Positions 16,220-23,907 of a stretch of 64,000 nucleotides of DNA are shown piece after piece. Position 1 is the first letter of the stretch. Each line of letters begins with the position of its first letter. The translations under genes and the position numbers were made by a program. The notes beneath the pieces were generated by a model that worked only from the letters and a program-made list of their open reading frames with translations, ran no database searches and had not been told where the DNA came from. The DNA comes from Candidatus Binatia bacterium (GTDB lineage: Bacteria > Desulfobacterota > Binatia > HRBIN30), in NCBI GenBank assembly GCA_038245295.1, contig JBBRSP010000032.1, forward strand, positions 7,410 through 71,409. Direction: 5' to 3'.

Positions 16220-17563
16220 GTGAGCAGTCAGTTCGAAGCAGCGGTGCGTGCTTTGTGGAGCGAAGAGTTCATTCGCTTCCCAATTTACGCGATGACGATG
16301 AGCCTGATCTGGGCTGCGTATTGGACCCGTCGCCTGAGGCAGCAGCGGCGCACGGTGCGCATGCTGGAGACGGCGGTCGCGGCTGGTCTGAGTGATCCGC
16401 CATCCCTGCACCCCGTCATCAATGAGGCGCACTGCATCGGTTGCCGGTCGTGCGTTACCGCTTGTCCGGAGGGTGATGTGCTCGGCGTGATCGATGGTAA
16501 GGCACGTCTGGTCAATCCAAGTCACTGTATCGGTCACGGCGCCTGCAAGCGCGCTTGCCCGATGAACGCCATCGACCTTGTCTTCGGCACGGAGAGGCGT
16601 GGCGTCGACATCCCGTTTGTCAGCAGCGAGTTCGAGACCAATGTTCCCGGGGTGTTCATCGCCGGCGAGCTCGGCGGAATGGGGCTGATCCGCAATGCCG
16701 CCGAGCAGGGCCAGCAGGCAATCACCGCGATTGCCGAGCGTCGTGACAAAAGCGGTGACGCCGAGCTCGACGTGTTGATCGTCGGAGCGGGACCGGCCGG
16801 AATCGCCGCGTCATTGGCCGCCGCCGAGAAGCGGTTGCGTTATGTGACGATCGAGCAGGAAGTGCGCGGCGGAACCGTGGCGCACTATCCGCGCGGCAAG
16901 ATCGTCATGACGGAGCCGGTGAATTTGCCACTGGTCGGCAAGACCCGCCTGCGTGAGACAACCAAGGAAGCCTTGCTCGCCTTCTGGGAAGCGATCGAGA
17001 AGGAACACGGGCTGAGCATTCATTACGCCGAGCGCCTCGAATCGATCATCGCGGAGCGCGACGGGTTTCTTGTGCGTACCTCGAGTGCCGTCTACCGTGC
17101 GCGCGCCGTGTTGCTGGCGATCGGCCGCCGTGGTTCACCGCGCAAGCTTGATGTTCCAGGTGAGGAGGTTGCGAAGGTCGTCTATCGCCTGATCGATGCG
17201 GCGCAGTATGACGGCAAACACGTACTGGTGGTCGGTGGTGGCGACAGCGCGATCGAGGCGGCTGTCAGCCTGTCCGAGCGACCGGGGACACAGGTAACCC
17301 TGTCCTACCGCGGCGCGGCGTTCTCGCGCACCCGCGAGAAAAACCGCCAACTGCTTGCGGCGGCCGCCGCCAAACATCGGCTCAGCGTCGTCCTCGAATC
17401 GTCGGTTCGAGAAATTCTGGCCGCCGATGTGATTCTGGAACACCACGGTGCACAGCGCCTTATCCCCAACGACGCGGTGATCGTCTGTGCCGGCGGCATC
17501 CTGCCGACGCAGCTGCTCAAAGACATTGGGGTGCGCGTCGAAACCAAATATGGAACCGCATGA
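16220..17563 (+). CDS. Membrane-anchored 2[4Fe-4S] ferredoxin + FAD/NAD(P)H oxidoreductase (thioredoxin-reductase-like)
   Basis: N-terminal TM; CIGCRSCVTACP and CIGHGACKRACP; GAGPAG, LLAIG, GGGDSA. Start uncertain (16220 GTG or about 16291 ATG). Confidence 0.85.
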   Translation: MSSQFEAAVRALWSEEFIRFPIYAMTMSLIWAAYWTRRLRQQRRTVRMLETAVAAGLSDPPSLHPVINEAHCIGCRSCVTACPEGDVLGVIDGKARLVNPSHCIGHGACKRACPMNAIDLVFGTERRGVDIPFVSSEFETNVPGVFIAGELGGMGLIRNAAEQGQQAITAIAERRDKSGDAELDVLIVGAGPAGIAASLAAAEKRLRYVTIEQEVRGGTVAHYPRGKIVMTEPVNLPLVGKTRLRETTKEALLAFWEAIEKEHGLSIHYAERLESIIAERDGFLVRTSSAVYRARAVLLAIGRRGSPRKLDVPGEEVAKVVYRLIDAAQYDGKHVLVVGGGDSAIEAAVSLSERPGTQVTLSYRGAAFSRTREKNRQLLAAAAAKHRLSVVLESSVREILAADVILEHHGAQRLIPNDAVIVCAGGILPTQLLKDIGVRVETKYGTA

Positions 17564-17592
17564 CATATGGGACGAATGGGATGGATTGCCCG

Positions 17593-18498
17593 TTAGGAGG
17601 CCAGCAGCCCGGCGCGCCGCAGGACCCCGTCGAGCTTTTCCTCCAGTTGATTGGTGGCGGGGACCATCGGCAAACGATGCTCGTTGCGCGGCAGCAGGCC
17701 GAGTCGCTTCATCATGTATTTCATCGGAATCGGGTTGGTGTCGAAGAACACCGCCTGGTTGAGCTCGAACAATGTGTAGTGGAGAGCCCGCGCCGCGGCG
17801 AGGTTGCCGCTGGCGACGGCATCGTAAAGTTGCACCACCTTCTGCGGCGCCAGGTTGCCGACGGCGTTCATCATGCCGCAGGCGCCGAGCGCCAGCATTG
17901 GGAAGCTCAACTCTTCGAGACCAACGAAGATGCGGAACTCGAAGCCGAGTTTGGTCAGCGCCTGACTGACATACGTCAGATCGTTAGCGGCGTGTTTCAT
18001 CCCGACCAGTTGTGGCACCTTCTCGGCGATGCGTTCGAGAGTCTCGACCTCGACGTTCACGCCGGTGCGCCCCGGGATATTGTAGATGAGGAGCGGCAGC
18101 TCGGAGCGTGAGGCGAGATCGACGTAGTAGTCGACGAGGCCGCGTTGCGGTGGGCGAATGTAGTAGGGCGTAACAATGAGCAGCGCATCCGCACCTACCG
18201 CTTCGGCTTGGGTCACCAGATCGAGTGTCTCGTGGTGCGACTGCGCTCCGACGGCGGCGACCACAGGCACGCGTCCGGCGGCCGTGTCGATCGCCACCTC
18301 GAGGAGCTGGGCGCGTTCGGCAAGTGTCAGTGTGCTCGGCTCGGCGGTGGTACCGCAGACGACGATGCCGTGGGAGCCCTGCTGGATCTGGCGCTCGACG
18401 GTCTCGGCGAACGTGTCGTAGTCGACGTCGCCGTCACGAAACGGCGTGACGAGCGGAGGGTAGGAGCCGCGCAACGCATCTTTGTCGAGGCCAATCAT
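17593..18498 (-). CDS. DapA/NAL-family class I aldolase (HpaI-like rather than true DapA)
   Basis: GSYPPLVTPF, CGTTAE, IYNIPGRT, Schiff-base Lys in GMKHA. Confidence 0.85.
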   Translation of the reverse strand: MIGLDKDALRGSYPPLVTPFRDGDVDYDTFAETVERQIQQGSHGIVVCGTTAEPSTLTLAERAQLLEVAIDTAAGRVPVVAAVGAQSHHETLDLVTQAEAVGADALLIVTPYYIRPPQRGLVDYYVDLASRSELPLLIYNIPGRTGVNVEVETLERIAEKVPQLVGMKHAANDLTYVSQALTKLGFEFRIFVGLEELSFPMLALGACGMMNAVGNLAPQKVVQLYDAVASGNLAAARALHYTLFELNQAVFFDTNPIPMKYMMKRLGLLPRNEHRLPMVPATNQLEEKLDGVLRRAGLLAS

Positions 18499-19598
18499 TC
18501 GTCTCCCTCCCGTCCCTCCCGATTCGTATAAAACCCCTGCTGCGCCCCAAGCACCGCAAACGGCTTCTTCAGATCTTCCTGCCAGAGCAATGACTCCATA
18601 GCGATGTTGAGCGGGCTATCCTGGATGGTGAGCTCATAGACCGGCTGGTCGTGCGAGGCGTGATTGTGCACACCCCAACCCGGGGCGGAGAGCATCAGAT
18701 CGCCCGCCTTCCACTCATAGATCTTGCCTTCCACCGTGCTGCGCCCGCTGCCGGCAAAGAAGTAGTTGATCGCCGCCGAGGTGTGGCGGTGTGGGCGGTC
18801 GACGATCCCGGGCGGACGAATGGTGATGGTGGCGAAGAAGTTCTGGGTTGTGCCGTTGGTGCGGCCTGTGGCTGGGTTGTACATGAGATACAGTCGTCGT
18901 CCGATGTACGACTTCCCCAGCGCCTCCAGTTTGTCGAGATGCTCTTTGACGAGTTTCCATGGCCAGTGCAGCGAGCGCGACTCGACAGGTTGCGGACTGA
19001 TGAGTTGCTCATACGGCTTCAAGAAGGCGCCATCCGACGTCAGTTGAAAGGTGCCGAACGGACTCTGGCGCCGCGGGTCGGCATCGTTGCCGTCGCCGAT
19101 TTCGCCCGCACCGGTCGCTGTTTCCTCCGGCGGATGTTCGTCCACGACGTGGACGTTCATTTTCTCGAGCAGTGGCGCATTGCTGTAGGTCAGGCGAACT
19201 TGCAGCTCGGCACCATCATTGACGACGCTGTAGGTGTGCATCGACGGCGTATTCCACACATCGTAGCGGGAGAATGGAATCCGCCGGCCGCCGACGCTGG
19301 CCGCACCGCTACCGGCAATGCAGAAGTTGACCTGTGTCGAGTTGTGGCGCATCGGCGCCGTCCGTTCGCCCGGATGCAGCACGTCGATACTGACGCGAAT
19401 ACCCGGCGCCAGGCCGAGACCTGGAGCGGTGGCCCGTGGGTGAACGATCGACGTCGAGCGCCGGCCATTCGCCGGCGGTGCCAAAGCCGCGAGGCGGGCA
19501 ATCTCCACGTCGATGGAGGCCTTCGGAATGAGCAGCGCCGGCCACAGGTCGAGGTCGGGGCTGTGTGTGTCGGTGAGATCGATGAACGTTGCTTCCAT
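18495..19598 (-). CDS. Bicupin, gentisate 1,2-dioxygenase-like ring-cleavage dioxygenase
   Basis: Two cupin repeats (APMRHNS...GSG and RPHRHTS...GSG...WGVHNH), HWPW motif. Confidence 0.75.
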   Translation of the reverse strand: MEATFIDLTDTHSPDLDLWPALLIPKASIDVEIARLAALAPPANGRRSTSIVHPRATAPGLGLAPGIRVSIDVLHPGERTAPMRHNSTQVNFCIAGSGAASVGGRRIPFSRYDVWNTPSMHTYSVVNDGAELQVRLTYSNAPLLEKMNVHVVDEHPPEETATGAGEIGDGNDADPRRQSPFGTFQLTSDGAFLKPYEQLISPQPVESRSLHWPWKLVKEHLDKLEALGKSYIGRRLYLMYNPATGRTNGTTQNFFATITIRPPGIVDRPHRHTSAAINYFFAGSGRSTVEGKIYEWKAGDLMLSAPGWGVHNHASHDQPVYELTIQDSPLNIAMESLLWQEDLKKPFAVLGAQQGFYTNREGREGDE

Positions 19599-19602
19599 AC
19601 TC

Positions 19603-20556
19603 TTACTCCGGTGGCAGAGGCTTGCCGCGTCCGGCGGCTTTGGCGCGTCGTAGCACTTCCAGGCCGAGCGAAACATCGGCGAGGCCGGTGCCCATTGCTT
19701 TGAACAAAGTTAGGTCGGCGCCGGCTGGTCGCGTCCAATTCTCCGCGACCAACTGGTGTAACGGCACAACTCGCTTCCACGAGTCGGGCGTCGTGAAGTG
19801 GGCGCGAAACTCGGCCGAAAGCTTCTGTGTCGCAGCCACCGAGTCGGCGCTGACGGTGGTGCAGCGTTCCAGAATATCGCTGGTGAACTCCTGTCTTTCC
19901 GGTGTGATGGCGCCGATGGCGTTGATGTGAGTCCCGGGCCCCAGCATGGCGGCATGCAGGAACGGCTGACGCGCGCGCGTTGCCAGGGTGACGATGGTAG
20001 CGCCGACGAGAGCTTCCTCCAGTGAAGCGCTGTCGATGACGTCGATCGGCAACGTCGCGGCGATCTTGTCACGCAACGCGGCGCGGTGATTGGCGGTCGG
20101 GCTGAAGACGTGGACTCGTTTGAGGGGGCGAACGACGGCGGTGGCCTCGACTTGTGGCAGCGCCTGCTTACCGGTGCCGATGATTGCCATCACCGTGGCG
20201 TCATCGGCAGCCAGGCGCTGCGTCGCGACGGCAGAAATGCCGGATGTGCGCATCTGGCCTAAACGGAAGGCCTCGATGATCGCCAACAACGTGCCGCAGT
20301 CACTGTCGAAGAGGATCAAGAGGGGAGATGCGCCGCCGCCGGTATGAGCCCAGGTCTTGGTCCCGGCGACGTGTTCTCCTGGCACCGTCGCACCGATCGC
20401 GTGTAGCGTATGGCTGGCGCCATAGGTGACATGGGTCTTCACCATATTTTCGGCTGCGCCGCTCGCTTCGAGGCGCAGCCCACGTTCGAGTGCGGCGATG
20501 GCACTCGGCAGATCGAGTAATAACTCGACGTCGCTTTCGGTGAGCCATAAGGCCAT
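19603..20556 (-). CDS. Ornithine cyclodeaminase/mu-crystallin family protein
   Basis: LFDSDCG, GQMRT, IIGTGKQA, HINAIGA, LFKAMGTGLAD. Confidence 0.88.
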   Translation of the reverse strand: MALWLTESDVELLLDLPSAIAALERGLRLEASGAAENMVKTHVTYGASHTLHAIGATVPGEHVAGTKTWAHTGGGASPLLILFDSDCGTLLAIIEAFRLGQMRTSGISAVATQRLAADDATVMAIIGTGKQALPQVEATAVVRPLKRVHVFSPTANHRAALRDKIAATLPIDVIDSASLEEALVGATIVTLATRARQPFLHAAMLGPGTHINAIGAITPERQEFTSDILERCTTVSADSVAATQKLSAEFRAHFTTPDSWKRVVPLHQLVAENWTRPAGADLTLFKAMGTGLADVSLGLEVLRRAKAAGRGKPLPPE

Positions 20557-20671
20557 ACGATCATTCCATCTCGCGAAGGACGAGCGATGTCCAGTAGAGC
20601 CCGGGTACGCTACCGCGAGCATCCTTCTGCCCTCGGCGGGCCCCCGCCTGAATGAATTCGCCGCGCGGACC

Positions 20672-21475
20672 CTATCCGGCGGCCGCTTCCAGCGGCGCAA
20701 AGGCACGCCGCATCTCGTCGTGAATCCGGCCGTTCGATGCGAGGGTATGCTCGCCGAACAAATCAAAGGCAGCGCCGTGGAAGTTGCTCAACCGCCCGCC
20801 TGCTTCCTCGACGATCAGCCAGCCGGCCGCTGTATCCCACGGATGTAGTCGCCACTCCCAAAACCCCTCGAAGCGCCCGCAGGCGACGTAACAGAGATCG
20901 AGCGCGGCCGAGCCGAAACGCCGCACGTCGCGTGCTTCGCGGATGAAGGTGGCGAAGTAGGGGAGGTAGGAGTTGAGCCGCTCACGCCTGTCGTACGGGA
21001 AACCCGTGGCGAGCAGCGAGTCCTGCAATCGCTCGGTGGCCGAAACATGGATCGCGGCGCCGTTGAGCCATGCCCCCTGGCCGCGTCGCGCCGTGAAGGT
21101 CTCGTTGGCGACGGGATTGTGGACGATGGCGAACTCGACACACGTGCCACGCGCCGCGGCCAGTGAGATGGCGAAATGCGGCACGCCGTGCGCGAAGTTC
21201 ACCGTTCCGTCGAGGGGGTCGAGATACCAGACCCACTCGTCTGCTGCCGGGCGCGTGAGGTGATGGCTCGCGGCGGCTTCCTCGCCGATTACCCGATGGG
21301 TCGGGAAGGCCTGCCGCAATTTGTGGGTGACGAGCGTTTCGATCTCTCGGTCGGTTTGCGTCACCAGATCGACCGGACCTTTGAAAGCGATTTCCTTGGC
21401 TTGCGCCCAGGCGAGTCGCATTTGCGGCGATACGTCCGCCACAATTTGCTGCGCCACGCGTGCGATGTCGTCCAT
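20672..21475 (-). CDS. suhB: Inositol monophosphatase
   Basis: DLVTQTD, IGEE, WYLDPLDGTVNF, RRFGSAALDLC, WDTAAG. Confidence 0.9.
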   Translation of the reverse strand: MDDIARVAQQIVADVSPQMRLAWAQAKEIAFKGPVDLVTQTDREIETLVTHKLRQAFPTHRVIGEEAAASHHLTRPAADEWVWYLDPLDGTVNFAHGVPHFAISLAAARGTCVEFAIVHNPVANETFTARRGQGAWLNGAAIHVSATERLQDSLLATGFPYDRRERLNSYLPYFATFIREARDVRRFGSAALDLCYVACGRFEGFWEWRLHPWDTAAGWLIVEEAGGRLSNFHGAAFDLFGEHTLASNGRIHDEMRRAFAPLEAAAG

Positions 21476-21584
21476 TCCGCCGCCCTCGCAGAATGGCTTT
21501 GGGCGCGCAAGAACAGGGCTCGGCTCCCTGTGGGCCAGCAGGGCGTGACCCATTCCTGTCGTGACGCTTAGCGGGGGTCGAATC

Positions 21585-21608
21585 GGGCGGTTCTCGAACC
21601 GCCCCTAC
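21585..21608. repeat. GTAG-family REP-like palindrome
   Basis: gggcggttctcgaaccgcccctac; related copies at 53698, 59367 and 62672. Confidence 0.7.
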
Positions 21609-21685
21609 AGCCGTTCTACGAGCTCGGGTTGGCCAAGTCGCAACCGAGATGGACAGTTGCCCGCCGACTAAAGTAGGAGAAGACC

Positions 21686-22621
21686 ATGCTGACGAAGCCG
21701 CACAAGCTCTCCCACGAGGACATGGATCGCCTGCGTAGCGCCTGCGGTCGGCGCGACGTCGACCTGACGCGCAGCGTGTTTGGACCTGACAGCATCACCT
21801 GGCGCGTCAATCGCGAGATCGCACTGCTGGGTGGCGGCGGGTGCGCGCTGTTCTTACAGGTGGCCCACCCGTTGGTTGCCGCGGGCGTCGCACGATTCAG
21901 CAATTTCAAAGGCGACCCGCTCAAACGGCTGTACCGCACGCTGGAACTGATGCTGACCATCACGTTCTCCGATGCCGCAAGTGCCATCGGCGCGGCGCGT
22001 GAGATCGAACGTATGCATCGACGTGTTCACGGATTACTCGACGCGGCTGTCGGTCCGTTTCCGAAGGGTACCGAGTACGATGCCAACGACCCGGACTTGC
22101 AGTTGTGGGTGCATGCGACCTTGGTCGAAACCGGGCTGCGGGTCTACGAAATGTTCATCGGCCCGCTCAGCGAAGACGAGCGTGAGCAGTACTACGATGA
22201 GTCGAAGGTCGTCGCGCTGATTCTTGGAATTCCGGGCCTCAAGATCCCGCGCGATTGGCGGCGATTCGTGCAGTACTACCGCGACACGGTCGAGAGCGAC
22301 GCACTCACGATCAGCCCCGCGGCGCGCGACATCACAACCGCGATCATGGCGCCTGATACGCCGTTCGGACTGAAGTTTGTCCTGCCACCAGTCAATGTGT
22401 TGAGCGTCGGTTTGCTGCCCGATGTGATCCGTACACGCTACGGATTATCCTGGGGCACTGTCCAGGAGGGCATTCTCCGGGCCGCAGTTCTCGCGATACA
22501 AGCCGTGATACCGCTGTTGCCCGAGATGGCGCGCTTTTTCCCGCAAGCGCGCGAGGCCGCGATTCGCGACGGGTTACATAGCGAGGCCGTTCGGAACCAC
22601 ACGGCCGCAGTGTCGGTCTAG
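21686..22621 (+). CDS. DUF2236 / MpaB-like oxygenase family protein
   Basis: FGPDSITWRV, LQVAHPLVAAGV, RLYRT, HRRVHG, YDANDPDLQLWVHATL. Confidence 0.88.
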   Translation: MLTKPHKLSHEDMDRLRSACGRRDVDLTRSVFGPDSITWRVNREIALLGGGGCALFLQVAHPLVAAGVARFSNFKGDPLKRLYRTLELMLTITFSDAASAIGAAREIERMHRRVHGLLDAAVGPFPKGTEYDANDPDLQLWVHATLVETGLRVYEMFIGPLSEDEREQYYDESKVVALILGIPGLKIPRDWRRFVQYYRDTVESDALTISPAARDITTAIMAPDTPFGLKFVLPPVNVLSVGLLPDVIRTRYGLSWGTVQEGILRAAVLAIQAVIPLLPEMARFFPQAREAAIRDGLHSEAVRNHTAAVSV

Positions 22622-22623
22622 TC

Positions 22624-23733
22624 ATGGCTGTCGATTTCGTACGCACGGGCATCATCGGCTGTGGTCGCATTTCAACGCTGCAGGCGCTTGGCTACCTCGA
22701 CCATCCGCGGGCGCGCGTCCAGGCGGTCTGCGATTCGAATCTTGCCTTGGCACGACAGCGGGCCGGTGAATGGGGGTGTGAGCGGATCTACGAGCGAGTC
22801 GACGACCTGCTGGCCGATGACACGGTGGACGCGGTTGAGATCCTCTTGCCGCATCACTTGCATCGCGACGTGGCGGTAGCGGCGCTGCGTGCCGGCAAAC
22901 ATGTCTCGCTGCAAAAGCCGCCGACGCTGACACTCGGCGAGTTGGCCGAGATCGATGCCGCGGCGCGCCAGACCGGGCAGGTGTTCCGCGTGTTCGAGAA
23001 CTTCATGTACTACCCGCCGCATCGGCAGGCGCTCGAGTTGATCCACGGCGGCGCCATCGGTGAGCCGTTGTCGGTGCGTATCAAGACCGCCGCCGGCCGT
23101 TTTGGTGACGGTTGGGACGTACCCGGATCGGCAACCGCATGGCGCATGAACCCGGCGAGCTGCGGCGGTGGGCCGACGTGCTTCGATCACGGTTACCACT
23201 GTTACAACATGGCGCGTTTCTTCGTCGCCGAGCCGGTCGAGCGCGTGCATGCCTTCATCCATGTCAACCACTTCGGCGACAGCGCCCTCTACGATGGACC
23301 GGCGCTCATCTCATGGAAGTATGCCGGTGTGGCCAAGTACGGCAGCTGGGAAGTGATCGCGTCGCTCGGGATGCGCGTGCGCTCGCGCTACTACGCGTCC
23401 GACGACCGCATCGAGATCCACGGCCACGACGGCATACTCTGGATCAATCGCTGCACCGGCAAGCTGCTCGATGAGCCGTCGGTGGTACTGTATCGCGACG
23501 GCGAAACGCGTGCCTGGCATGATCTCGCTACGGACTGGGCGGAGAGCTTTCGCTTAGGAGCACACGACTTCATCGATGCTCTTCTCGAGGGCAGGCCTGT
23601 GTCGCAAGGCTATGCCGATGCCGAAGCGACCCTGCGCTTTGCCATCGCCGCGCACGTGTCCGCGTGCGAAAAACGCGAGGTTGCTCTCTCCGAGATCGGC
23701 GCAGAAACACCGGCGCGCCTGCCTGACAATTGA
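22624..23733 (+). CDS. Gfo/Idh/MocA family oxidoreductase
   Basis: GIIGCGRIS, PHHLH, AGKHVSLQKP, DHGYH. Confidence 0.9.
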   Translation: MAVDFVRTGIIGCGRISTLQALGYLDHPRARVQAVCDSNLALARQRAGEWGCERIYERVDDLLADDTVDAVEILLPHHLHRDVAVAALRAGKHVSLQKPPTLTLGELAEIDAAARQTGQVFRVFENFMYYPPHRQALELIHGGAIGEPLSVRIKTAAGRFGDGWDVPGSATAWRMNPASCGGGPTCFDHGYHCYNMARFFVAEPVERVHAFIHVNHFGDSALYDGPALISWKYAGVAKYGSWEVIASLGMRVRSRYYASDDRIEIHGHDGILWINRCTGKLLDEPSVVLYRDGETRAWHDLATDWAESFRLGAHDFIDALLEGRPVSQGYADAEATLRFAIAAHVSACEKREVALSEIGAETPARLPDN

Positions 23734-23776
23734 TACCGAGCCGTTGCTGTTTGTAAGGGAAAGAGTGTTAGGGGGC

Positions 23777-23840
23777 AGGGGCACGGGGGGACCGTGCCCC
23801 TGGCACGCCGATGTGTTTATTGGGGGCAAAGCATCGGCGT
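23777..23840. repeat. REP-like palindrome plus a second hairpin between convergent genes
   Basis: aggggcacgg-N5-ccgtgcccct, then cacgccgatg...catcggcgtg. Confidence 0.55.
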
Positions 23841-23907
23841 GTCCCATTTTCTCTAGCGCATCTTATTTCGTTTTCCTACCCGCCCTTTTCAAAAAAGTTG
23901 GCGATTG

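Noticed and set aside
17593-18498. Calling this gene dapA
   Set aside because: The GTTAE variant and the dioxygenase context point to a catabolic aldolase; no lysine-pathway genes are nearby.
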